64,000 nt of DNA from an uncultured Lentisphaerota bacterium (GCA_900320225.1 ONRL01000001.1:1325-65324); one strand, 5' to 3'. Positions 16,375 through 25,431 are shown, numbered from the stretch's first letter. Notes: a model not told the origin generated them from the letters alone. Numbers and translations: made by a program.

Positions 16375-17085
16375 ATGAGTGAAGAGGTACAGACGCCTGA
16401 CGAGGCCGAGGGCTTCTCGGAAAAGGAGAGGGCTGCGAACAGGCCCGGAACGGAAAAGCGCGACTGGGTGGAGGAGGCCTATCAGTGCTTCATTAAGGAC
16501 GCGCAGGGGATTGACCCGACGGATCCCGTGAAGGCAGTCGAGGCGTACTTTCAGAAGAACGCGACTGACGAGCTGAAGGCCAAATGCAAGGCCGAGGGCA
16601 AGGACGCCAAGGGATGCTGGAGGTTCATCGAGGCTGTGGCGCGGAAGGCGTTGCACGGATCGAGCGGCCACATCGACCCGGCCGTGGTGTATGCGATCGC
16701 CATGCACTGGTTCGAGGATGTGCCGGTGGACTGGAACATGCCGAAGGTATTGGGGAAGGCGTCCGAGCCGAAGAAGACAGCAAGCGTACAACAGCAAGAT
16801 TCTGGACCGAAGAAGAAGCCGAAGAAGCCGGCGGAGACGCCTTCCGAGAAGCGGAAGGAGAAGGAGCGTATGGCCAAGGCGAAGGCCAAGTCCAAGGCGA
16901 AGAAGCCGCGCGCGCAGCAGGGCTTCTTCTTCGAGATGCTTGAAATGCAACCGGGTGAACAAAAGCCATGTGGTTCACCCTCGCCCCAGGCGTCGGCGGG
17001 CGCGTCAGGGGAAGAGAATGCCGTGGCGCTCAGCGCACAGCCCGCTTCAACTTCTTCAACGGAAAGCGAGGTGCAGAATGGTTAA
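16375..17085 (+). CDS. PcfK-like protein (family that includes anti-CRISPR AcrIIA9)
   Basis: AYFQKNATDELKAKCKAEGKDAKGCWRFIEAVARKAL...IDPAVVYAIAMHWFEDVPV parallels the PcfK-like core (..DELFAK..EGK....C..YI.........D.E.Y..A.HYY.ED). It has a Lys/Glu-rich C-terminal tail and lies in the same block as a PcfJ-like gene, two genes downstream. Confidence 0.55.
   Translation: MSEEVQTPDEAEGFSEKERAANRPGTEKRDWVEEAYQCFIKDAQGIDPTDPVKAVEAYFQKNATDELKAKCKAEGKDAKGCWRFIEAVARKALHGSSGHIDPAVVYAIAMHWFEDVPVDWNMPKVLGKASEPKKTASVQQQDSGPKKKPKKPAETPSEKRKEKERMAKAKAKSKAKKPRAQQGFFFEMLEMQPGEQKPCGSPSPQASAGASGEENAVALSAQPASTSSTESEVQNG
16777..16798 (+). repeat. 22-bp conserved motif copy 2 (ACAGCAAGCGTACAACAGCAAG)
   Basis: It lies inside the PcfK-like gene and is read as T-A-S-V-Q-Q-Q. 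Confidence 0.8.
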
Positions 17086-17740
17086 GAAAAGTCTAGCAGA
17101 GATCCACGACTGGGCGATGGAATTCCTCAAGCGCGCGGAGTTGGGCACGGAGCAGATCGCGGCGCTCGACGCGATGGGCTACTTCAACAAGCCCGCGTCG
17201 CTGCGGCACCACCTGGCCCGCGCCGGCGGGCTCATGGAGCACAGCCTCAACGTGACCAACTGGATGGTCAACCTGAAGGACAGCTTCGGGTGCTGCATGC
17301 GGCCGAGGAGCCCGTACCTCATCGGGATGCTGCACGACATCTGCAAGTGCGCGTGCTACGAGTGGAACGAGTCGGCGCAGGCCTTCGAGTGGAAGGAGCC
17401 GCAGTACATGGGGCACGGCAGCGCGAGCGTGATCATGATCGCGACTGAGCTCGGGATCATCCTGGACCCGAACGAGGCAATGGCGATCCAATGGCACATG
17501 GGCGCGTTCGGTCTGGACAAGGCCGCGCTCGCGCGCTATGACGCGGCGCTGAAGGAATACCCTTCCGACATCCTGCTCACGCACACGGCCGACATGATGG
17601 CCTCCAAAGTGACCGAGGGGGGTGGGCATGAAAATATGCAACAAATGCAGGACGGCGCTCCTCAAAGGGAGGAAAATGGTCGATTGTCCACGACAAGGGC
17701 TCATTGGGGTGAAGAGCCGAGAATAACGGAAGAGAGGTGA
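17078..17740 (+). CDS. HD-domain phosphohydrolase
   Basis: From MVKKSLAEIHDW. LRHHLARAGGLMEHSLNV and IGMLHDICK provide the H...HD motif. There is an 8-nt overlap with the previous gene. The track ORF start (16691) is an out-of-gene extension. Confidence 0.7.
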   Translation: MVKKSLAEIHDWAMEFLKRAELGTEQIAALDAMGYFNKPASLRHHLARAGGLMEHSLNVTNWMVNLKDSFGCCMRPRSPYLIGMLHDICKCACYEWNESAQAFEWKEPQYMGHGSASVIMIATELGIILDPNEAMAIQWHMGAFGLDKAALARYDAALKEYPSDILLTHTADMMASKVTEGGGHENMQQMQDGAPQREENGRLSTTRAHWGEEPRITEER

Positions 17741-17743
17741 GCC

Positions 17744-18091
17744 ATGCTGAAGATTAAAAGAGGCGACTGCTCGGTACTTCATCTTGTGCTTAAGAAGAAG
17801 TGGTACGACATGATTGCGAGCGGCGAAAAACGCGAAGATTACAGGGCCGCGAAAAACTACTATCGGACGCGGATCGCAAACTTCATCAGACGCTACGCCG
17901 ACAAGGGTCTAAAGAAGCTTGTCGTCGCGTTTTCATGCGGAAGGAGAAAGGCCGACATTCACATGACTGTCATAGGGATAAACATCTACCCGGACAGTCT
18001 GCATCCCGAATGGGGAGAGCCGAAAGGCTACCACTATGTGATTGTACTCGGCAGACGCGTGGTCATGGTAGACGAAAGCGAGGTGGAATGA
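17744..18091 (+). CDS. ASCH (PUA-like) domain protein
   Basis: LHLVLKKKWYDMIASGEKREDYR matches the ASCH N-terminal signature common in phages. The patch is visibly lower in GC. Confidence 0.6.
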   Translation: MLKIKRGDCSVLHLVLKKKWYDMIASGEKREDYRAAKNYYRTRIANFIRRYADKGLKKLVVAFSCGRRKADIHMTVIGINIYPDSLHPEWGEPKGYHYVIVLGRRVVMVDESEVE

Positions 18092-19713
18092 TGAGCCTGA
18101 CACGGAAGCAGATGATGGAGATCGTCGCGTTCGACTGGAAACGGCGGACGGGGCTCGATTTCGACGGACGCCGGTATGGCAGCATCACCGGCGCGCACGC
18201 GCCGTACATCACCGAGACCTGGGGCCTGTGCCACGGATCGCATGTGTTCAAGGGCAAGAAGAATCCGCCCAGGAAGACGTTGCGATATAACTACATTGTG
18301 CCGGAGCGGGTAAACGGCAAGCGTACGACAGCAAGCGGGAAGCCGGTACGGCCGGACGTGACAGTCGTGCATGTGGCCGTGCGGCTTGACGGGAATTACC
18401 GGCCCGTCGTGAAGGACGTGTTTCGGTGGCACATCAAGACCAATTCGTGCGAGTTCCGGGACATCGACTACCACGGTCTCGGCGGGTGGATCGTGGAGTG
18501 GCAGCGCGAGGACTGGGCCGGGAAGAAGAAGGGCTGCAAGCGGTTGACGCCAAGGCTGGCGAGGTCTGTTGACGATGGATGGGGACACAACGGGATGAAG
18601 TGGAAGTTCAACATCGGGCTGACTTTTCCCTGGCACGAGACGGTGAACCCGGAGGCGCTAAAAGGCACGAAGTACGAGTGGTGTCAGTACAGCGACTCCA
18701 CGCCATGCAAGGCCGGACTTGTGGACTGGCTAATGATGTACCGCCAGGAGCCGAAGATCGAACTGCTGGCCAAGATGGGGCTCCACCGTCTCATCTGCCC
18801 GGCGGGGATCAAGGCGCTCCAGGACCGGCGCGTGCGCGACTGGATCCTGGCGCACCGCGAGGAGGCCGCGAAGCGGTACAAGGACGGCACGCCGCGCTAC
18901 GACATGGTGGACATCATCTACGCGGCACGGCACGGCGTGACGATCAACGCGGCCGAGAAGCGCCGGTGCTTCATCCAAGACGTGCGGCAACACCTGGACC
19001 TCTGGCCGAGCACGGAGAAGGTGCGGCTCGACTACGACCGGCTGATGAAGCTGTTCCGGAAGTGGAGGATCTCCGCTCCGGAGTATGGGCGCTACCTCAA
19101 GTACGCCCTACGCACGGGGCATGACCTCAAGAACGAGGGCACGCTCTATCCGCCGGTGCGCGGCGGGCGCGAGGCGTTCATGGTCCGGCTGGAGGCGCTC
19201 GAAGCGCTGTCCGCGAAGCTCGAGCGCGCCGAGCAACGCCGGCGCCGTAGGCAGGCGCGCATGGCCGAAGCCGAGCGGAAGGCCGCGATCGAGGCGGAGG
19301 AGAGGCGGATCGCCGAGATGATGAAGGCGAGAATGACCGAGCTCGAGGCGTTCCAGAAGTCGCTGAAGCGTTCGACCACGCTGAAAGGCTGCGGCTACGC
19401 GATCATCCTGGCAAAGTCCCAGGAGGAACTGCGGGTCGAAGGCAAGCGCATGGGAAACTGCGTGGGCATGGGCACGTACGGTCGCGCGATCGTGACGGGC
19501 GACGCGCTCATCATCATGCTCATGCGCGACGGGAAATCCTACTGCGACATCGAGATCGGGCGCAAGAAGTGGAACGTCCGCCAGTGCTACCTGGAGCGCA
19601 ACCAGCGCGCGCCCGAGGAGATCCACGAACTGGCGAAGCAGATCGCGGCCTGCCTCAAGGCGGAGTACCTGCGGTTCAAGAAGCGCAAGGCGCAGGAAAG
19701 GAAGGTCGCGTAA
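18088..19713 (+). CDS. PcfJ-like protein
   Basis: 541 aa from MMSLTRKQ (ATGA overlap). C-terminal EELRVEGKRMGNCVGMGTYGRAIVTGDALIIMLMRDGKSYCDIEI matches the PcfJ-like core (EG..M.(H/N)CV..Y......G...I...R). Confidence 0.6.
   Translation: MMSLTRKQMMEIVAFDWKRRTGLDFDGRRYGSITGAHAPYITETWGLCHGSHVFKGKKNPPRKTLRYNYIVPERVNGKRTTASGKPVRPDVTVVHVAVRLDGNYRPVVKDVFRWHIKTNSCEFRDIDYHGLGGWIVEWQREDWAGKKKGCKRLTPRLARSVDDGWGHNGMKWKFNIGLTFPWHETVNPEALKGTKYEWCQYSDSTPCKAGLVDWLMMYRQEPKIELLAKMGLHRLICPAGIKALQDRRVRDWILAHREEAAKRYKDGTPRYDMVDIIYAARHGVTINAAEKRRCFIQDVRQHLDLWPSTEKVRLDYDRLMKLFRKWRISAPEYGRYLKYALRTGHDLKNEGTLYPPVRGGREAFMVRLEALEALSAKLERAEQRRRRRQARMAEAERKAAIEAEERRIAEMMKARMTELEAFQKSLKRSTTLKGCGYAIILAKSQEELRVEGKRMGNCVGMGTYGRAIVTGDALIIMLMRDGKSYCDIEIGRKKWNVRQCYLERNQRAPEEIHELAKQIAACLKAEYLRFKKRKAQERKVA
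18314..18335 (+). repeat. 22-bp conserved motif copy 3 (ACGGCAAGCGTACGACAGCAAG)
   Basis: It lies inside the PcfJ-like gene and is read in a different frame, as N-G-K-R-T-T-A-S. Confidence 0.75.
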
Positions 19714-19902
19714 GTGGCACGGAGGCGAAAATGCGGGCATTGCCCGAAGAACGACTTCGGATGGTGTGCCATCCGGGCCGAATTGCGACCGCGCGACGCG
19801 CCTGCCTGCGACTACGGGCGAAAGCTGATGGACAACGCGTACATGGCAAAGTACATGCGCGAGCGACGCAAGGCGAGGAAGCGAGGGATGGAAGATGACT
19901 AA
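19714..19902 (+). CDS. small Cys-rich (zinc-binding-like) basic protein
   Basis: 62 aa with a GTG start directly after the previous stop. CGHCPKNDFGWC....C pattern with a basic tail. Confidence 0.4.
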   Translation: MARRRKCGHCPKNDFGWCAIRAELRPRDAPACDYGRKLMDNAYMAKYMRERRKARKRGMEDD

Positions 19903-20029
19903 GGTATTCCCGAGCGTGCTGATCGCGCTGGACGTGTGTGCTGCTGGCGTGTACGCGGCGCACGGCGACTGGCGCAGGTTCATTTACTGGATAGCCGCGG
20001 CGACGCTGACGGCCACGGTGACGTTCTAG
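19895..20029 (+). CDS. tiny hydrophobic protein (44 aa, below ORF-track cutoff)
   Basis: ATG 19895 overlaps the previous stop. MTKVFPSVLIALDVCAAGVYAAHGDWRRFIYWIAAATLTATVTF forms two TM-like segments. Confidence 0.35.
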   Translation: MTKVFPSVLIALDVCAAGVYAAHGDWRRFIYWIAAATLTATVTF

Positions 20030-20045
20030 GAGAAAGGAGCGCGGC

Positions 20046-20240
20046 ATGGAAGAGAAGGTATGGTGGACCGTCAAGACGGACTGTGGCACGCGCCGCACGC
20101 TCGCCGTGAGCGCGCGCAAGGCCGAGCGCAACGTGCGCTATCGGCTCGTCATGGACGACCGCTCATACGACCGACCACGGCCGCGCGACTTCGCCGAGAT
20201 GCGCGACATCGAGGTGATGGAGGTGGTGAAGGATGATTGA
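20046..20240 (+). CDS. hypothetical protein
   Basis: 64 aa with RBS AGGAGAAAGGAG. It overlaps the primase start by 8 nt. Confidence 0.45.
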   Translation: MEEKVWWTVKTDCGTRRTLAVSARKAERNVRYRLVMDDRSYDRPRPRDFAEMRDIEVMEVVKDD

Positions 20241-23085
20241 CGAGGCGGATTTCCTGGCCAAGTTCGAGGGCGTGCAGAAGTCTGGCGGCGGGTGGGTTGC
20301 CCGGTGCCCAGCGCACGAGGACAAGAACGCGTCGCTCTCGATCGGCAAGGGCGACGACGGGCGCTGGCTCGTACACTGCCACGCCGGGTGCAGCGCGGAG
20401 GCCGTCGTGTCGGCCCTGGGGCTCAAGCTGCGCGACCTCATGCCCGACAAGCCGGAGCACCGGACGGCGAAGAGCCGCTTCGGCACCTGGGTGTGCGACT
20501 ACGAATACCAGGACGAGGCCGGGAAGGTGCTCTACAAGAGCTGCCGGTACGTCAAGGACGACGGCAAGAAGACGTTCGTGATCAAGACGCCCGATCCGAG
20601 CTCGCCGTTCGGGTGGAGCTACGGACTCTCCAAGAAGAAGATCGCGCGCGTGCCGTTCCGGCTTCCGAGGGTAATCTCCGCCGCGAAGGCCGGCAAGACC
20701 ATCGTGATCGTCGAGGGCGAGAAGGACGTGCTGACGGTCGAGCAGACGGTCGGCTGCGCGGCGACCTGCAACGTCGCGGGCGCCGGCAAGTGGGGCTACA
20801 TGTTCCCGGAGGGATGGGGCAGGTGGTTCGAGGGCGCGCCCGGGATCATCGTCGTCGCGGACAACGACAAGAGCCTCGTCGGCCAGAAGCACGCGTGGGA
20901 CGTCCGGCGCCAACTGCTCGAGCAGGGCTACAAGGGCCGGACCAAGCTGATGGTCATGCCGGCCGTCGGCGAGGAGCGGCCGAAGGACTACACCGACTGG
21001 GTGGAGGCGCGCAAGGCCGCCGGGCTCCCGGCCGACAAGGCCGCGTTCATGGAAGCGGTGAAGAGCGCCGAGCCCTGGCCGAAGGAATGGGAGTTCGACG
21101 GCACATCCACGGATGTTGCGCGCGCTGAAAAAAGCGCGCGCGAAGCCTTATCAGATTCCGCAGACGAGGACCGCCGGCCGGACCGTTTCGGCGGTCCGGC
21201 TCCCCGCGCCCCTGGTGAAGAGCGTAAAACGTGGACGGTGGATTTTGACATCGGAGGCGGACGGTTCGCGCGTCTCGAGCTCGAGTACGGCTGGACGGTC
21301 GAGCAGGTTTTGACCTACAGCGTGACGGCCGTGAGCAAGAAATGCCCGAACAACGAGCTTCCGCGCGGCGTCTACGCCCGGCTGAAGGCATGGAGCGCGG
21401 CGCTTTGGCTCCTGATGCGCGGCAGTTTCTTCTGGCACAGCGACTACCGGGACTTCGGGACGTGCATGTTCCTCGACCGCGATCCGGACAGCTGCACGCT
21501 CATGCGGATCATGAGCGACGAGTTCTACGCCTTCGTGGCCCGGCACGCGCGCATGGAGGACGTTGATCCGAAGAAAGGCGACCTCGGCAAGGTGCTCGGG
21601 CTCGTCAAACAGATCGCGGTCAGCAGCGACTACGCGCAGGGCGTGAGGCCCGGCAACAGCTGGGAGCGTCGCGGCGACGCGGTGTACATCTCCAACGGCG
21701 ACACGGAGATGTGCAGAGTCAAGGACGGCAAATGCGAGATGGTGCAGAACGGCACAGACGGCGTAGTCTTCCTCCGAGGCAAGACCCTTGCGCCCTGGCA
21801 ACTCCGCGACGGCGCCGGCAAGGATCCGTTCGCGACGGCCAAGATCTTCACCGGCGCGAGCTTCGCGGACGCGAACGGGCTCATGAACGTGCGTCTCTGG
21901 ACGATGAACCTCCTCGCGTGCCACGCGACGAAACCTCCCCTTCTCATCACAGGCGGCGCCGGATCCGGCAAGACGCGCATGGCCAAGGGCATAAAAGAGA
22001 TCCTCGGCATGCGCCAGGACGGCGCGCTCGATCTCTCCGTGCAGCAGATCGAGGACGGCGACAAAGGGCTCGATGCGTTCTGGGCGACGGTCAACGACGG
22101 CAAGCTGGAAGTTTTTGATAACTTCGACACGAAGGTCAAATGGGCCAGCGACACGCTCCAGACGGCGGCCACGGACGGCCAGACGAAGCGCAGGACGCTC
22201 TACACGACGTTCGGCGTCTCGATCCTGCGGGCGAACGCGCACATCATCTTGACGTCGAACAACCCGATATTTTCCACGGAGGGCAACGGCGGCCTCGCCG
22301 ACCGGCTCATCACGATCCCGCTCACGCTGAACCGCAACGTGAGCCAGGACGCCGAGCTCTCGGCCGAGATCGCCGCGAACCGCGACGAATACCTCACCTG
22401 GATCGCGCGCACACTCGCGAAGGCGCTGCTCGACAAGGCGCCGGTGGACAAGTCGATCAACCGGCGGCATCCGGACTACGGCGAGTTCTCCGTGCGCGTC
22501 GGCCGCGCCATCGGCGACGAGGAGGGCGTCGTCAAGGCCCTGGGCGCTGCGGAGGCCGACAAGGCCATTCTCCCGCTGATGAACGACGCCGTGACGAAGG
22601 AGATCATGGGCGTGCTGTCCGATAAGGACTACGAATGGAGCGGGACGGCCGGCGAGATGTCCGGGCTCATCATCGCCAAGCAGGGCGACGACGAGGACGA
22701 GAAGACGAAGAGCATCTACTCTTCTCGGCGCGTCGGCAAGGCATTCAACAAGTACATGCGCCAGTTTTCGCTCATTTTCCGCATGGACGAGCCGAAATTG
22801 TACGAGGGCCGAAGCCTCTACACATTCCGCGGCATGACCGCTCTCGGTCAGATGTCGGTGGGTTTGGTGGATTCTAAACCCACTTTCGCCAAAACCCGTG
22901 AGAGCGCGCACGCGCACGGGTTTGTGGAAAACAACCCTTTTAATCCACCTAACCCACCAGACGAGGAAACCACGGGCGCAGGGGGCGCGGGCGTTAGCAC
23001 GCGCGCGCGCGGACCCCGCTCCCCTTTAGGCGTGGAAGAAGAAGAAGGAGGAAATGGAGATGAGGATTTATACTGGGATTTGTGA
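20233..23085 (+). CDS. bifunctional DNA primase / P-loop helicase (zinc finger + TOPRIM + D5/VirE-like NTPase)
   Basis: CPAHEDKNASLSI...HCHAGC is a primase zinc finger. IVIVEGEKDVLT and VVADNDKSLVGQKHA are TOPRIM motifs. LLITGGAGSGKTRMAKG is a Walker A motif in the C-terminal half. Confidence 0.85.
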   Translation: MIDEADFLAKFEGVQKSGGGWVARCPAHEDKNASLSIGKGDDGRWLVHCHAGCSAEAVVSALGLKLRDLMPDKPEHRTAKSRFGTWVCDYEYQDEAGKVLYKSCRYVKDDGKKTFVIKTPDPSSPFGWSYGLSKKKIARVPFRLPRVISAAKAGKTIVIVEGEKDVLTVEQTVGCAATCNVAGAGKWGYMFPEGWGRWFEGAPGIIVVADNDKSLVGQKHAWDVRRQLLEQGYKGRTKLMVMPAVGEERPKDYTDWVEARKAAGLPADKAAFMEAVKSAEPWPKEWEFDGTSTDVARAEKSAREALSDSADEDRRPDRFGGPAPRAPGEERKTWTVDFDIGGGRFARLELEYGWTVEQVLTYSVTAVSKKCPNNELPRGVYARLKAWSAALWLLMRGSFFWHSDYRDFGTCMFLDRDPDSCTLMRIMSDEFYAFVARHARMEDVDPKKGDLGKVLGLVKQIAVSSDYAQGVRPGNSWERRGDAVYISNGDTEMCRVKDGKCEMVQNGTDGVVFLRGKTLAPWQLRDGAGKDPFATAKIFTGASFADANGLMNVRLWTMNLLACHATKPPLLITGGAGSGKTRMAKGIKEILGMRQDGALDLSVQQIEDGDKGLDAFWATVNDGKLEVFDNFDTKVKWASDTLQTAATDGQTKRRTLYTTFGVSILRANAHIILTSNNPIFSTEGNGGLADRLITIPLTLNRNVSQDAELSAEIAANRDEYLTWIARTLAKALLDKAPVDKSINRRHPDYGEFSVRVGRAIGDEEGVVKALGAAEADKAILPLMNDAVTKEIMGVLSDKDYEWSGTAGEMSGLIIAKQGDDEDEKTKSIYSSRRVGKAFNKYMRQFSLIFRMDEPKLYEGRSLYTFRGMTALGQMSVGLVDSKPTFAKTRESAHAHGFVENNPFNPPNPPDEETTGAGGAGVSTRARGPRSPLGVEEEEGGNGDEDLYWDL

Positions 23086-23154
23086 GGCCGAGATTGCGCA
23101 GCCGAATGACCGCCGTTCAAATGGGGTGTTTTCGGGAGTAAACGGGAGGTGCCC

Positions 23155-23697
23155 GTGAGGCGTCTCGGTTTGACACTGATGGAGGAGCGGTTCTGTGCGC
23201 TGATGGCCCACGGAAAGACCGCGCGCGAAGCCTATTCCGAGGCATTCAGCGTCGCGCTCGTCGATTCCCGCCGCGAGCATTCGGTGGATAACCGGGCGAG
23301 CCGTCTCCAGAAGCGCGCCGACATCATCAGCCGGATCGCGGAGCTGGCAGGGGAAGCGAAACGCAAGAACCGCGAAATGTGGGAGAGGCGCGGAGAAGAC
23401 CTGGCCGAACGCCTCTACACGCGCGTGCTCGAGGCCGACGGCGCCGGGCTCCTGCTGTCCAAGGGCGCGCTCAAGGGCCTCGAGGTGCTGGCCAAGATGA
23501 AGGGATTGAACGCGCCCGAGGAGACCGTGCTAAAGGACGGCGGCCGATCCGACGACTTCGTGCCGCGCGGCATCGAGGGCATGAGCGAAGAGGATTTGCG
23601 CGCAATCATCGACCAGGAGAAGCGGACGATCGAGGCGGATGTGGTCGAGGCTGGAGAGGACAGCAAGCGTACTACAGCAAGTGAGGAGGAGGGATGA
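23155..23697 (+). CDS. terS: terminase small subunit
   Basis: LTLMEERFCALMAHGKTAREAYSEAF...NRASRLQKRADIISRIAEL is a classic Terminase_2 N-terminal HTH pattern. The start is placed at GTG 23155 (GGGAGG 5 nt upstream); the track start 23149 is also possible. Confidence 0.8.
   Translation: MRRLGLTLMEERFCALMAHGKTAREAYSEAFSVALVDSRREHSVDNRASRLQKRADIISRIAELAGEAKRKNREMWERRGEDLAERLYTRVLEADGAGLLLSKGALKGLEVLAKMKGLNAPEETVLKDGGRSDDFVPRGIEGMSEEDLRAIIDQEKRTIEADVVEAGEDSKRTTASEEEG
23660..23681 (+). repeat. 22-bp conserved motif copy 4 (ACAGCAAGCGTACTACAGCAAG)
   Basis: It lies at the 3' end of terS, 13 nt before the terL ATG, and is read as D-S-K-R-T-T-A-S. Confidence 0.8.
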
Positions 23698-25256
23698 TCG
23701 GGGCGAGGGAAGCACAGATCGAGCTCCTGCGCAGGGCCGCGCAGGTGAACCTGCTGGCGTTCCTCCAGTATTGCTGGTGGATGCCTGGGCCGCTACACAT
23801 CGGACGGCACACGCGCGAACTGTGCGCGCGTCTGACGCAGGCCGTGGTGGACTTCCGCGCGGGCAAGGACACCTACCTCATCGTGAACATGCCCTTCCGG
23901 CACGGCAAGAGCGACCTGGTCTCGCGCGCGTTGCCGGCATACTTCCTCGGGCGCTGTCGAGACATGCAGCCGAACGTCATCATGAGCGGCTACGGATCCT
24001 CGCTCGTCAAGGGCTTCTCGTCCAACGTGCAGGCGATCGTCGAGGGCGAGGCGTACGCCAAGCTGTTTCCGGGCATGCGGATCGACCCGGACAAGAACGC
24101 GACCGACGAATGGCGCATCAAGGACTCGGTCTCGAGCGTGTACGCGCAGGGTCTCGGCGGATCCATCACCGGCAAGGGCGGCAACCTCATCATCGTCGAC
24201 GATTATTGCAAGAACGCGGAGGAGGCCGAGAGCCAGGCCGTTCGTGACAAGGTGTGGGAGTCGTTTAAGACGGACATCTGCACGCGCACGAACGCGCCAG
24301 CGCACATCATCATCGTGTGCGCCACGCGCTGGCACGTAGACGATCTGGTGGGCCGCATCTACGCGGAGATGGGCAACAATCCCGACTATCCGCGTTACGA
24401 ATCCCTCGTCTATCCCGCGCACAAGAGCGGTCCAGGGGGATGGGACACGCTCTTCCCCGAGCACTACAAGGCGTCCTGGTACGCCATGCAACGGTCGCAG
24501 CTGGGGCCGTATCAGGCGGCCGCCCTTCTCGACTGCGATCCGCGCCGCGCCGGCACGACGGTGTTCAAGCGCGAGTGGCTCGAGTACTACACGGGCGAGA
24601 TCGACTGGCGGCAGATGCGGATCGTGATCCTCGTGGACGGCGCGAAGTCGAAGAAGCAGGGCAGCGACTACACCTGCATCCAGGTATGGGGCAAGAACCG
24701 CGACGGGCGCAACTACCTGCTCGACGGCGTGCACGCGCGGCTCAACCTGGCGGAGAAGATCCAGGAGCTGTTCCGCCTCGTCGAGCGGTTCGGAGGCCCG
24801 CGCAAGGTGGACTGCGTCTGGTGGGAGCAGGTCGGGCCGATGAGCGACGTGGAGGCGCTGCGCATGGAGATGGACCGCAGGCTCTACCACTTCACCGTGC
24901 GCGAACTGCGCCACACCACGAACAAGGACTTCCGCATCATGCGGCTCGTCGTGCCGTTCGCCAAGCGCGAGATCGTGCTGCCGCTAAAGCTGATCCGCTC
25001 GCGCGTGGTGGATATCGGTGACGGAACGCCGCCAGATGTCAAGTCGTACGACCTCACGCAGGAACTGGTCGAGGACGAACTCCTGCTGTACACGGGCGAC
25101 CAGTCATCCATCCCTCATGACGACATGATTGACTGCATGGCCGACCTCACGGACGAGGAGGTCCTGCGTGACTTCACGCCGCCGGAGGGAGGCGCGCCGA
25201 TCCGCGACGACCGTGGCTCAAGGCGCGAGGCGAGCGGCCGTCTTTTCGCGCGCTGA
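23694..25256 (+). CDS. terL: terminase large subunit
   Basis: LIVNMPFRHGKSDLVS is Walker A-like, NLIIVDDYCK is Walker B, and IIIVCATRWHVDDLVGRI follows. The C-terminal nuclease half has DGA..... and D..D acidic residues. Confidence 0.88.
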   Translation: MIGAREAQIELLRRAAQVNLLAFLQYCWWMPGPLHIGRHTRELCARLTQAVVDFRAGKDTYLIVNMPFRHGKSDLVSRALPAYFLGRCRDMQPNVIMSGYGSSLVKGFSSNVQAIVEGEAYAKLFPGMRIDPDKNATDEWRIKDSVSSVYAQGLGGSITGKGGNLIIVDDYCKNAEEAESQAVRDKVWESFKTDICTRTNAPAHIIIVCATRWHVDDLVGRIYAEMGNNPDYPRYESLVYPAHKSGPGGWDTLFPEHYKASWYAMQRSQLGPYQAAALLDCDPRRAGTTVFKREWLEYYTGEIDWRQMRIVILVDGAKSKKQGSDYTCIQVWGKNRDGRNYLLDGVHARLNLAEKIQELFRLVERFGGPRKVDCVWWEQVGPMSDVEALRMEMDRRLYHFTVRELRHTTNKDFRIMRLVVPFAKREIVLPLKLIRSRVVDIGDGTPPDVKSYDLTQELVEDELLLYTGDQSSIPHDDMIDCMADLTDEEVLRDFTPPEGGAPIRDDRGSRREASGRLFAR

Positions 25257-25431
25257 CGAAAACCCTGTCAAGCGCAAAAAACGCGATTTTAAATTTTTTT
25301 TGACCCCTCTGTTTCGTTCATTGCGTTCGTTTCGCGTTTTTAATCTTTTTCTTAGACGGTGGAAACAAATATTTTTCGTGCGCGGGTGTATTATGTTCGC
25401 GCACAAAGGACAACCATCGAAGGAGCCGAAA
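25257..25431 (+). promoter_or_regulatory. AT-rich intergenic island ahead of the head genes (candidate late promoter/regulatory region)
   Basis: This is the largest non-coding gap in the late region and is strikingly AT-rich. It contains TTGACC (25300..25305) and TATTAT (25389..25394) but no canonically spaced pair. Confidence 0.35.

Noticed and set aside
17628-17726. 32-codon ORF MKICNKCRTALLKGRKMVDCPRQGLIGVKSRE, out of frame at the 3' end of the HD gene
   Set aside because: It has only three Cys and no RBS, and it lies entirely within another gene. There is not enough evidence for a zinc-ribbon micro-protein. The odd C-terminal tail of the HD protein leaves slight doubt.
21151-22917. 588-aa minus ORF inside the primase-helicase gene
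   Set aside because: It is an antisense shadow. The + frame carries the zinc-finger, TOPRIM and Walker motifs.
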